Positions 11,550-24,600 of a stretch of DNA of 64,000 nucleotides are shown one piece after another. The notes under the pieces were generated by a model. It made no database searches. It saw only the letters and a program-made list of their open reading frames with translations, and was not told the origin of the DNA. The DNA is taken from NCBI GenBank assembly GCA_012295275.1, contig CM022673.1, positions 1,054,001 through 1,118,000 of the forward strand, in the 5' to 3' direction. Made by a program: the position numbers and the translations under genes. How positions within the stretch are numbered: position 1 is the first letter of the stretch; the number at the start of each line of letters is the position of its first letter. Source of the stretch: Chrysomallon squamiferum (taxonomy: Eukaryota > Animalia > Mollusca).

Positions 11550-11785
11550 ACAGTGATATAAATTCACATCTGGTTTAATCTTGCTGTTCAGTAGAGGGGA
11601 AATTGCATTGTCATTTAAAATAATATGATATTAATAGATAAAATCAAACTAAATTAATAAACACAGCAGATTCAGTTTGATTTTATCTATTAATATCATA
11701 TTATTTTAAAGGATGATGCAATTTCCCCTCTATTTAAATTACCTTGAACAGCAAGATTAAACCAGATGTGAATTTTTATCACTGT
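11550..11785. repeat. Long inverted repeat / foldback (possible MITE)
   Basis: Arm 11550-11650 is the reverse complement of 11674-11785, with a few mismatches, one indel and a spacer of about 23 bp. Confidence 0.9.
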
Positions 11786-12351
11786 GTTGAACGTTGAAAA
11801 TGATTGTCTTTACAAGTGCATTGTCAAGTAAAGATAGAAGGGAAATATTTTTGTTGAATTTCACCTAGTTTTCGATTTTTCGCCTTATCCAAAACAAAAC
11901 GATAAAGTTAAATTACTAGTATGATTTATTAAATTATGTCATTTATCTCCTCTGTTTATTCTCAACAAACAATGACCGCGTTTGCGTGGGTGCGTGTTTG
12001 TGTGTACATATTTAGTGTAGGAGTGAATGTTCTCTGTCTTATGTACGTCTGATTAGACACCGCATATAGGCAATATCTGGAGGACAAAGTCCAATCACGA
12101 ACTCACAAACCCCGTCAGATACCGCTGACAAAGCTTGAACGTATGGCACCCATTCGCCCGCACTCAAAAGGCGGACGACGTTACTGTTCGGTCATCAAGA
12201 CAACATTAAAGAAAAGACTGCACAGTAACCGATGGTAGTCATCGCTTCCCACGAAGCACGCCCGTTTTTTCTTTTTTTTTGTCTTTCGTCATTTTTGCGT
12301 GCACCTATTTTTTGTGGGAAAGCTGGCACTGGCAAGTATGTAGATTACGAT

Positions 12352-12500
12352 TTTGAACATTCTCTAACTTATGAACATACACAACATTAACATTCGGGAA
12401 CGCACTGGCGCAGGAGAAACCCTGTCAGATGCCGCTAACAAGACTCGAACCCATTCGCCCATTCGCCCGCTCTCCGAAGGCGGACGACGTTACTGTTCGA
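12352..12500 (-). mobile_element. tRNA-derived SINE-like element (related heads at about 12105-12195, 10540-10630 and 10855-10911)
   Basis: Minus strand reads CGAACAGTAACGTCGTCCGCCTTCGGAGAGCGGG...GGGTTCGAGTC, with a Pol III B-box at 12442-12451. CpG-rich; four related copies lie locally. Confidence 0.55.
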
Positions 12501-12792
12501 CAACAAAACGTGCCTACGTATTGTGTATTTATATGTATGTATATGTATGTATGTATGTATGTATGGATGTATGGATGTATGTGTGTATGTATGTATGTAT
12601 GTTTGTATCTATAGTCGTATATATATGTACATATTTATCTGTATGTATTGATTTTACAGTAATTGCTTCTGGGCTCATGAAAAGAAAAAAAAGAAAAAAA
12701 GAAGAAAGAAACAAAATAAATAAATGTATCACAGAAGCGAACAATAATATTATTTTATTTACTGATAATTATAAGAATAGTTTAATGGAAAA

Positions 12793-13500
12793 GACTTACG
12801 AGTTTAATTCGTTCCGTGACCGAGCTCGTATTTCAGTTTGCTCGTATATTAAATTAATTGAAATATCATTAATCAGTTCCAGTCGCCCCAAAAGCACCCC
12901 TTTTTTTTTTTTTTTTTTGTAACATGTTTTTAAATAAGAAAAATGTATTTATAAATGACAAATATTGTATAAAAAACAAAATGAAAGAGAAAGTAAAGAA
13001 ATAAATTGGTTTTGTAAAGTTATTTATCTTGGAGATCAGACGCTTCAGTATGGTACATATCGCTTCAGCTTCAGTATGGTACATATCGTAGAAGCAATAT
13101 GTTCGTACTGCCCAGCCAAGTCGACTACGTGAACGCCTCGTTCATTTTTTTCTGTGAATTCAAGCTTTAATTCAATGGACATCATCCGCTTCTTCTTCTC
13201 AGCACTGACATTTGCACTCACTTTCTTAGGATCCATTGTCAGAAAAACGAAATTTGGCAAAATACTGCACAAAACGCGAGCACAACACAACAGAGATACT
13301 TAACCACGTGAAGTAAAAGAGTGAGACGCGGGACGCTGACCGAATATTGTGTTGTTCGTTGCGCCAACTAGCGGCGGCGTGTCTGAAGCTTGCTCGTAAC
13401 TCGGAATTTGACTCGCATCTCAAAGGACAAATCGACCGGGCGACTGGTCGTAACTCGGAAAACTCGTAAGTTGGAGCACTCGTAAGTCGAGGTACCACTG
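12793..13500 (-). mobile_element. Internally deleted Tigger/pogo (Tc1-mariner superfamily) DNA transposon with transposase N-terminal remnant
   Basis: TIR CAGTGGTACCTCGACTTACGAGT ends at 13500, flanked by TA; partial opposite TIR GACTTACGAGT at 12793. Remnant from ATG 13236 reads MDPKKVSANVSAEKKKRMMSIELKLEFTEKNERGVHVVDLAGQYEHIASTICTILK (CENP-B/psq-type HTH). No DDE domain is present. Confidence 0.9.
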
Positions 13501-14262
13501 TAGTTTGTAGTTATTATTATCATTATTTTATTATTATTAAAATTCATTATATTTTAATGTTTAAAAATTAAACTAATTATACTTATTTTAGAAAATATAA
13601 TATGCTATAAAATATTAATTCAACGAAATCACCTTCGATGTTCAGTGAAAATCAGAACTTAGATTCGGCCAAAGGAATAAGGTGGAATTTACAAAAAAAG
13701 AAGATTATAAGGGAAATAACTCTGACATAATCAGTCATACAAAAAACGAAATTGGAAGTCCAGAAATGAGAGGATATAAATTATAATAGGTAAATATCTA
13801 TCATTTCAAATTTCCTAAATTCTAGCACTTCATCACGACAGAGACCTTCACATTGTAACTTGTTAGCATATATCCATACTGAACAGTGACTATTTTACCA
13901 CAATTACTTATTCTGCTGGAACTAGTATGCCTATTAGTATTAGTATTAGTATTTGTGTACGTGTATCACACATTTATTAAAGGATTTAATTATTTGTATA
14001 ATTATATATAATTATATATAATTCATCAGAACTTATGATGTTTGTCTTTGTAAAAGTTTGCCGTTAGCAAGTTGGATGTTGACTACTTTTGACGTTTTTT
14101 ATTTTTATTTTTTTAAAGTTTATCTAATATCTTATGTAAGACTAATATTTTCTTCGACATTCAATAATTCTTAAAATCTGTGTATATGTCTCTGCATTTT
14201 TTTTTTTTTTTTTTAAAGTAAAAATTGTTATCCAAATTTTATTTATATTTCAGTTTTAGAGG

Positions 14263-15024
14263 ATGAATCATATTGATGAATGGAAAGATCTTGTGAGACA
14301 GAATCTTGGAAAACAGTTGTGGGTTCACTGGTTGTCAGTTGCACTGGATATTCTCATAGTTGACACTGGCGTCAAGCCAGCGTTCTTGTTTGATTATGGT
14401 TGTGTTACAAAAGCACAGTTGTTGAATCTGCTCTGGTCAGCACGTTCCAGAGGCTTTTTGTCAACAGATTTATGTCTTGTTTGTATTGAAATGGACTTTT
14501 TGATAGTAAATCAAAATGTATTTTATGTGGAACCTTTTAAATCACTTTCTGAAAAAATCGTTTTTATAAACTCGTCTTGCCGTTTAACAGAGCCTCAAAT
14601 TACTGAGAGCAACAACAATTTGAAATCAACATTATCTGAACTTGATCAGATTAAAACTTGTGCAGACAAATCAATAACTTTATCGGTTTTGCCTGATAGA
14701 AATTTTAATCCTTCCTCATTATTTGGACTGTTGTTAGGGTACCCAGTAGTTTACTGGTATGATATGGATGATGATTCCAGTGAGAACTGTCTCTCCATGC
14801 AAACATTAATAAATTATAAAGTTGTTGGAAGGTTAAAAGAAAATGTTGGGAATTCACAAACTATCCATCTCATCTTCTCATTTAGTTTTCCTGAACAGCT
14901 TCATTGTGAATCTCTTGTTCAGAACTGGTTTTGTCAAATTGAAAAACAAACTTCATGGGACATGCTATTTAGGGATTTTACAATGACATCAGACAAAGTT
15001 ATACTTCCTCATGTATGCTTGTAG
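14263..15024 (+). CDS. C1orf74: UPF0739 protein C1orf74 homolog (DUF4504), single coding exon, 253 aa
   Basis: Intact ORF with family motifs VDTGVKPAFLFDY, LFGLLLGYPVVY, ENCLSM, FSFSFP and terminal VILPHVCL. An acceptor TTTCAG at about 14253 implies an upstream UTR exon. Confidence 0.9.
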   Translation: MNHIDEWKDLVRQNLGKQLWVHWLSVALDILIVDTGVKPAFLFDYGCVTKAQLLNLLWSARSRGFLSTDLCLVCIEMDFLIVNQNVFYVEPFKSLSEKIVFINSSCRLTEPQITESNNNLKSTLSELDQIKTCADKSITLSVLPDRNFNPSSLFGLLLGYPVVYWYDMDDDSSENCLSMQTLINYKVVGRLKENVGNSQTIHLIFSFSFPEQLHCESLVQNWFCQIEKQTSWDMLFRDFTMTSDKVILPHVCL

Positions 15025-18000
15025 CTATCACCTTTTTAAAATTACTTTTTTCTTCTTTTTTTATAAAACCATATTATCCTTTTTATATGTTATGTCTGAA
15101 TTTATTTTTATATAATAAAATTAAATCTTTTCACAATTCTATGAAACAGTTATGAAAGTTATTATTATATTTGCTTTAGCTATCAAATTAATAAGAACAT
15201 ATAGTTTTCATTTTGCCATGCCATAAATGCTAAAATAAATGAGGCTCCTTTAACTAGAGTTAATAAACAGGATGGTATTGATTGTGTGGACAACGGTCAA
15301 TAAACACATTTAAACTTCCCTTTCTTTTAATAATGAAACAAACATACACTGAAGTAGTAATTTCCATAACTGATTTATTATAATTTAATTTTCTTCTTAT
15401 GTATTTACCCATTAAAATGCATGCATTATCAGTGATTTGAACCTTCAACTACTATAATATTTGTCACATGCAGCAGTTATCAGATAAACTTTCAACATCT
15501 TCCTTCTAAACATACATATATCTGCCTGACATCATATAATCCGTGTAATTTTTTGGTGAGATGTATCATTCATTCAATCTTTCTTTCTAAACAAAAAAGA
15601 CAAAACATTTTTTTAGACGTTATAGGTGACTTTATTTACAGTGACTTGCAAATACATTATCTACATTGTGAATATGACAGAGAAAACATCCCCTGTGTCC
15701 AAGAACACCTACAATACCTGTACAGTAGTGACCAACTTCCCAGACAAAAGGCAACAATTTGATAATTATGCACACAGGCAACCTAACATGTAGAAAGACA
15801 GTTGACAAAGCACAAGCAACAACAGTAAATCACATAATATTATAAATTCCAGAATGATCCAATGAATTAGAAGAATTTTGTTTCACAAGCCTTTTTAGAT
15901 TCATGCCAGTGAAAAGGCCTGAAATAAAACTTTATTTTTAAAAACATAAAAAATAATAATAAAAATTATAAATATATAAATTTAATTAAGTTTCAGAAAA
16001 CCTACAGCTCAGTTTTGCTACAATACATCAGTATTTTGAAGAGCTGATCCAGACACTGAAACAAAAAGTTTATGTTAAAGAAGACAAAATGGAGAGTTCT
16101 CTGGAATGGATGATGCATAAAAGCCCTACAGCAAGCATTTGCATTTAAAACTGCGAAATACATTTATGTATATATACATATGCATATTACTGGCAGAAAG
16201 ACAGCCAATTTAAATAATTTCTATAATTTTACTTATATATTTTTGTACATAAGCAATGATTTCTGCATATATATCATTCTTAAATGTATACACAAACAAT
16301 ATATTCTTAGTTATTAACACAGGAATGACATCAAACAAAAAATAAAAAAAAATTTGGAATAAAGGTGATGACTTATTACTTTAAACAATAACAGTCTGAG
16401 ATAAAACCACATATTACAATCAGTCAAAAAAAATATATATCTATAGCATTTCAATCTGACAGCTAAGTAAATAGAAAATCAAAATTGAAAATGAAACAAA
16501 TTAAACAAAAATACTATATGGACAAAATAAATCCCAATCTCAAGACTGCAGGAATACCACAGTTTAGCCATTTGTTATCTTTAGTTATTTTTCAATTATC
16601 TGGTGAGCATTTAGTGAAATGCATACAACAGATTTTACCCTTTTATTGTCTAGTTCTGGCTGTCTTTACTTAATAATCAATCTCTGTATAAAATGAGGTA
16701 ATGGTTTAATATCTGAGTGAGAATCTCAACACAGCTGAGCTGGTACAAGAAATAACAAACATAAATTATTTTGAGAAGTATGTAAAAGATTTATAAACTA
16801 GACATCAGGTCCATCCACCTGCTAAATCAGATCATTTATAAAGGTGTTATTTAATTTTAATACTTTCTTTTTAAAATAAAATAAAAAATAATTAAAAAAA
16901 CAATATTCATTAGTGTTTGAGAATTTTTTGCAAATATAAATGTTTATAAAAGTCTTTGTTCAGGATGCAAAATATTGCTGCCAAATGACAAAGAAAAAAA
17001 AAGAAAAAATTCTAATAGTTACGTCGGATGAGAATTCAAATCCTGTTGTCAATTTATTATTATTATTTTAACCAAAAAAAAAAAAAAAACAAAAAACTAG
17101 TGTTTAAATCTGAAGTAAAGTCTTGAAGATTATAATCCCGAAACAAAATAATATTTTAAAAGTAAAATTGTTCAGAATAAACAGACATTGTTACACATTT
17201 TTACATTTTTTAAAAATTATTCAGTTCATATTAGACAAGTAACTTGTTTATGGCAATTGGTAGAACCAATTTTTTTTAAAATTTTATTTACATAACAGCA
17301 ATAAGAATAACAATAGTTAAAACAAAAATCTGCAGACTCCTTTCAATAGGATTTGTGAAAATTTTAGTATAAGGATGATACAAATTATAAAAAAAAGTAA
17401 ACAATAACTGAACACAGACCAACTTGCAACTTTTTAGATTTTTACATCACACACAGAATAATAATAAATAAATAAATAAATGAAATTAATTAAAATGCTA
17501 TTTTAAATGAGGTACAGTTGTTCTGTTCTCTGTTTCTTTTATTAGTTTACTATATTCTGTATACTGAAGATGATTTAGAACATATTGGTCTTTCATCAAC
17601 AATGAATTAAAAACACTTACAAGGTAAAGTCTGACTAACCACTGTTGACTATTGAAAAGACAAATGGTAAATTAAAAATAATAAACATGTCTATCAATAC
17701 TGAACAATAAAAACTTTAAAAATCAGTAAACACATACATATTCTAACCTTCAGAAACCTGCAGAAATCTGAAAACGATGTAAACATCTAGGATTTATATT
17801 TCATTTCTCTCACTTTAAAATAAAGAAAAGATAATACTAAACTGTTACAAGACTAAGACTTTGTTTTGGCACTCTAAGTAATGCTAATAATGAGTGTGTA
17901 AAATATTAATGCTACAGACTGAACAGAAACAAAATCTAATATTATATTCTGATTCATTTTTATCTCAAGTAAGTTTGGTTGATATATTTCCCTTTTCTTT

Positions 18001-18968
18001 TTTTTCTTTTTTTCTTTTGTTACTTTTATATTTTTTGATTCTCTCTCTCTTTCTTAAAAGAAATCATAACTTAAAAGGAGACTGGTACTAGTTTTAAATA
18101 CAGTTTTTTCTGAATATGCCAAATTAAAAGTGAGAGTTAAAAGATAAATTATAAAATGTTCAATAGAACTGATTTTTGGTATTTAGTAATTTAATTTTAT
18201 TGTTATTGTTTTATTTATTTTAAATGTTTTGTTTTATTTTATTTTATTTTACTTTTCTTTTTATTTATGTTTTTTTTTTTTTTTTTTTTTTTTTTTTCAA
18301 TTACTAATTTCAATTTTGAATTTCTTTGGTCTAGGTAAAGCAAATACTGTGGAAAAAACATCTATGACTAGTTATTTTACAAAAAGTAAAAGATGCAACA
18401 ATTTTTCTAAACTAACAATAATAATAGTTTGTAAATAGAAGTTATAAATTTCTAAAATTTAAAATAGCTGATACTATTTAAAGTGAAGAAAAAAAATGAA
18501 AAGAATAAAAGCAGTAAATGACTAGTTAAACATATACAGAAATACATTTTTTCTAAACATGAATACAAAATCCAGTCATTCTTTTCAGATTTTCCTACAT
18601 CAAAAAAATCTTTCATCACCAATTCAGCTAACATGCATATATAATTTTCTGCTGTGATCTTTAAATTTTAAAATTATCTTTAAACAGAAACATTACCCAG
18701 TAGCACCAGCACATATTTATATTCTGACTTCTTTAATCTTGTATTAAAATAGTAAATAAAATATCTGAAAAATGAAATCTTCTCATTTTTTTTTTTTTTT
18801 CTTTCAAATACAATACGGATTTCTGTAAATTTTATTTTAAAAACAAATATAAAATACATTTACATGTTATTAAAGAATGACAAAATTAATAAGAAAAATG
18901 ATTTACTATGTAGAAAATAAATTCTTCAAAACAGTACCTAATACATAAAGGTATAAAATGTTCATTAA

Positions 18969-19001
<33 letters not shown>

Positions 19002-19554
19002 AAAACGAAAGTACATTGCATAGCTTTTACAACATTAAAAAGAAAAAATGGAATGAAATGCTTGAACTGACAAGGAAATATTCACACACATAAAAAAAAA
19101 GAAAAAAAAAAAGATAGTTTTATTTATTTCTTACATTCCAATAATTAAAACTGTTAATGGGTTGGTGTTTGTGTGTGTGTGTGAATGTGTGTGAACACAG
19201 TGGAACTGTATTTACTAGAACTTTGTAATAAAAAAAACTGATAAAAAACCCATTTATTAACATTAAACCTGGTGTTGCACAAGAACTCTCGGACGGCATT
19301 ACAAAATATGAAGAAACCAGAAAGATACACAGCTGTAGCAGATATACAACACAAACAATATCTGTTTCTACTTAACACAAACGATCAGCATTTCATAATT
19401 TTCATATTTCATCTTATTTTTTAGTAAATTATTTGAAACCTCTTGATCTGTTGCATATTATTACAAGATATACAAATTTATGTACAAATTAATTTTTTGT
19501 GTGTGCACATTTTTAAGACAGTGAATTATTGTGAATGCTGTTATATTTATATAT

Positions 19555-19591
<37 letters not shown>

Positions 19592-19685
19592 AAAAAACCT
19601 AAATGTGAAATTGCCTAAATCATATTAAGAATCAAAAATATTTTAATTTCTATAATAACAATCTGTTTTAAAACAGCATTTTAAC

Positions 19686-19738
<53 letters not shown>

Positions 19739-20592
19739 GCAATTATAATGATAATAATAATTTTTACATTAATACATAATAAAATGAATTGGCAGGAAAA
19801 AATATAATTTTGAAACAAATCTTTAAACTGCATTAGTCTAACAGTTTGCATATTTCTATCAGAAATTATTAAAAAAGAAAGGAAATAATATTCTGCACAC
19901 AAAAATCTGCTTCTTTAACACATACTTCTGACTTCCATATGAACATATCAAGTACTTTACACTAGCAAATAGCATGTAAATGACAACAAATTCTGTATAC
20001 ATACAATTTTTTTTAAATGTTATTTTAATAATGTAAAACTAAAAAAAAAAAGAAAAAAAAAAAGAATTACTAAGGTAAAAATCACAGGTATCTGTAATTC
20101 TCTCAAAACTAAATGTTCATGACTAGTGACATAACAAAAAATGGCATGATATCAAAAAGATTAACTCAAGTTCAACAAGTTCAACATGATTTCTATTTTG
20201 TTACTAACAGGCTTCTGACATTCAGACATTATCAACACATCCATACATACCAGCTGCAAAACAGAACAGAAGTCAATACATGCAGCCTGACTGAAAACTA
20301 TTTGTAATTGTCAGTTTAAGCTTCTGGAAATAACTGGCATGGCTTTGCTTACTAAATATCTAAATATACAGGCTGAAATACAGAGCATCATTCCAAAGTT
20401 ATAAACTTAATTTTAAATCTCATCAACTTCAGTCCAATGGAAATAAATGATGTAGTTTCATTGAACAAAATATTTATACAAGATGGCCGAAAAGCAGTGT
20501 GTCAATCCAAACATTAAAAAATGGATGCAGCTGACATGATTTTTAATAGTTTAAATATCAACAACTTTTATACAGTGAGAACATTTAATAGC

Positions 20593-20632
<40 letters not shown>

Positions 20633-20811
20633 GGCTCAATTCTATAGCCTCATTACTAACTAAATAGAGGGTAAATAAACAAATCTTTTCGCCAGGTAGA
20701 TTTTTGAAACAACAGCTCTTCTGTTCTTCTTTTGTAAGCTATGTGATGAATTCACAAATCACAATTTGCAAATTACTTTAAAAAAAATAATATAATAATA
20801 AAAAAAAAAAA

Positions 20812-20874
<63 letters not shown>

Positions 20875-21528
20875 TAATAATGATAATAATAAAATGATTC
20901 ACTGATATAAAATGCTACTGGAAAACTGTGAGGTGAAAAACAAAGATACTGAACTGTTGAATGTCAACACAATCCAGGTTCAATGTGTTAAAGCATCAGA
21001 ATGGGATTTTGTCACTTCCCTAATCTTTTTTTCTCATTGTTATACTTCAAGAAAAAAAAAAAATAAATAAAATAAAATAAAAAATTATTTTAAAATAATT
21101 AAAATAAGTATTAAATCTGGAACTTGCTCAGAATCATCAGGCTCCTCACTTTCAGCTGACATGACTGTGATGCACATATAAGTAAAACTGTACAAATACA
21201 AATGACAAATTATTCACTACAGTTGTTCGTAGACTAGAATAGGGTGACACTGTCAGTGGTGAAGTGAAATGTCTGTTTACAAAAACAACAAATCAGCAAT
21301 GATGAATTTTTTTTGATTGTTTCTGTCTTCATTCCACAGATCTTTATCTTACAGTAGTTTCTCATGTAACAATTTACACAAGTTATTTTTCCTTTAATTT
21401 TTTATTTTTTACAATATTTATATACACATTCCACCAAACTGGTATCATTAAACTATTCTTTTTTTCTTTAATATTTTTTTGAATTGTCTGTATTGTCAAT
21501 GTCTCTCTGACAACAGTTAATTTTTTTT

Positions 21529-21605
21529 TCACTTCTTAACATGGAGTCCCTGAAAACCATGTGATGTTAACTGTGCTTCTTCATAAGCCTGTCTTCCGCT
21601 TTCAC
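21529..21605 (-). CDS. RIPOR: RIPOR exon 22 (last coding exon)
   Basis: GESGRQAYEEAQLTSHGFQGLHVKK*. Confidence 0.9.
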
Positions 21606-24600
21606 CTGAATTAAATACAACATATTAGAAAAGCTAGAAGATATATCATAAATATTTAAAATAAATATTAAATATGACATTAATTGTAGTACAAAAGTGA
21701 GAAAAAATAAGGGAAAAAAGACTGAAAAAAAAAAAAAAATTAATAAAAATAAAGTTAATAATTTAGAACTATACAAGACATTAATCATAGCAAGAGTTAA
21801 AAAAAAACAAATAAGAAAAAAATTAAAACTAAAATAACAAAATAATAAATTAATAATTAAATACATTAATGAAACAAATACATAAATTAACTAATAAAAA
21901 TAAAAATTAATATTTAATATTATTTATAAAATATAAAAATAAAAAAACTTTATTAGGTTTATCCAAATACTCTCCATCCCTCTCTCCATAAGAAAGGTGA
22001 GTGAAAAGAAAAATGATTTAAACTACTTTAACTGACCCAGAGAAAACAAAGCCTCTTTGGCCTTTCTCCTCACTGTGGATGAGCTGTCAGCCTGGCACAC
22101 AAAGATCAGCTGATCTGTACTCTCAGAGGCCTGCAAGTGATATGACAATGTAACGCTTTTCAGAAGACTAATAATAATAATTACAAAAATAACTTTAAAT
22201 TGCTAATTTACATATTGTAATATTATCTCATAATAACAATGTCTGTCTGTCTCTCTCCACATGTAATTAGGTACATGTGTATAAACACACACACACACAT
22301 TAATACACTTTCATAATCTATTATTTATATTTATATTACTGTTGAAACATGTTTAGGAACAGTTTCATAGATTAACAAAAAACCCAGAGTAAAATTAAAA
22401 TATTTATTAAACAACTAAATAACATTATTCATATTTTTTAACAAATCTTATTTATTATTTATATTTTTTTTTTTAAATAAAATATTTTTAGGAACAGTTT
22501 TTTAAGTTTTATAAAAAAAAATTAAAAGTAATTAAGAAAAACTAAAATGTTGGTTAAAATTAAAATCATTTAAAATAAAAACAATAATAAAATGAACTTT
22601 AAAACTTAAGATTTAAATTTTTTAAAAGATACAAATCCAAACTTTGAAATAGTTTATTAAGGAATTTTTTTAAATTCTTAAAAGGCATTTTTAGTAGCTC
22701 AACATGAATGAATCATTGTGTATTATATACCACACTGTTGACCCTTGATTTCACAGACTAACTGTGGGGGGTAGCAATATTCTGGAAATGCAAACATTAA
22801 CCCTAAAATTTGCTAAAATATTAAACTTCACTATATGTATCAGTTATATAGTAATTTAATAATGTAAGAAGAGCACACAGACATAAAAACAATGTAAACA
22901 AATGTACAGAAAAATTACAGTACATAAATGTGGTCTAGGTTGGGTGAAGTTTGTTAGGTTGGAATGGGTATGGGTGCAGATATAAAATCGACTCTTATCT
23001 TGATGGAAAGTATAGTGGGACTTAGAATAACTTAGTAGTATCTAGATGTAAGGTTTCAAGTGGGAAATGACAGCAAATTCAAATTATGTGATTTTTTCCA
23101 AATTTGGTCTGGATTCCCTGATATCTGGAAAACTGAGGTTTGTAAAATCAAGGGTCAACAGTATGTTAATTCATATTTTAATGTATCTTTTAAAGATTAC
23201 ACAGTTATTTTCAAATACTGTCAATAAACAATCATACCTCTAGTACAGATAATGCCACACAAGCACCAGCTCGCACTTCCGGGTATCTGGTCTTCCAGAG
23301 CCTCAACAAATATGATCATAGCCTGTAAATACAATGAAAACAAATAATTAGGTTTCTGTTTGGTTTACAATTTTAACTATGAAACTTTTGTAGACGTATT
23401 ATTTAATGACTTCAAAAAAGTAAAGGTATCATTTATTTTTTTGATAATTTATATATATATATATATATATATACTTTTTGAACATTATATAATTTAAAAA
23501 CTTTTTTTAAGAATTAAAATTTCTGAATAGTTAAGATGCTAATGGTGTTAATATTTTAAACATACATATGTGCATGCATACACCCACACCCACAGACATA
23601 TACTCGTATGTATATATATTACTTTAATTATTATAAATTTCAGGTAAAGTTTTCTAAATGATAAAAAAAATTAAAGTTCTTACCTTATCTCTTGTGACTT
23701 TATTTCTACTGATCACCTTCAGATATGATGCTACAAGAATTATTTGTAAAAATAATAAAAATGAAGTAAAACATTTATGAACATTAACATCAAACACATT
23801 CCATGCATATTTAGAAACCATTTCTTAGAATTTATTGACTTACTTAATTTTTTATCTACAATAAAAAAATAAAATAAAATAAAATAAAATAAAATAAAAT
23901 AAATAAAACTTTCATAAATTAAAATTATGCAACATTAATATGCAAAACTAAAGCAGGAAAAATCATAACAAATCAGAAATAATAGCTGTTATAAGTGATT
24001 TAACACTTGTTGATATATATAAAATGAAATCTTGATAAATATATAAAATTAAAATCTAGGCATACTGGAAACTAAAAATTTAAAGAGGGAAAAAGCAATA
24101 ATGAACTATAAACAGTAATAACAGAATTGCAATAACAAAATTTATCAATAAATAAACAATAAAATACCGATAAAGAGTTAAATATAAAATTTCAAACAAA
24201 TTCTCTCTTTTTATTATGGCAATAAATTAACAATTACTCACTACTATAAAACAAAAGGGACACAGGTAAACTATACTAATTATTGACTATACTAATAAAT
24301 AAAGAGACAACCATCTAACCTGCAGACTGCTGAATCTCTCTCTGTGAGGCCACCAGTAACATTCCTACAACTTTCAGACATGTTGGTCGTGGCAGTTCCT
24401 CTTTCAGAGTCAGGATGGCTTTGATTACCTGGTCCGGGTTTGCAGAACAAAGACGATCAGCCAGAGAAACTAGAACAGAGAGATTATGTATTTATAACAG
24501 GTAAAACACAGAGATTATGTATTTGTAACAGGTAAAACACAGAGATTATGTATTTGTAACAGGTAAAACACAGAGATTATGTATTTGTAACAGGTAAAAC

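Larger units (their letters stand above)
10135..12481. repeat. Local segmental duplication A-B-A'-C-B'
   Basis: A 10135-10537 matches A' 10912-11325 and B 10533-10911 matches B' 12100-12481; both are near-identical direct copies. Confidence 0.95.

Noticed and set aside
12410-12500. Functional tRNA gene
   Set aside because: A B-box is present but I could not build a cloverleaf; decayed local copies fit a SINE better.
12371-12922. 183-aa plus-strand ORF
   Set aside because: It runs through a SINE-like repeat, an (ATGT)n tract and the Tigger end; spurious.
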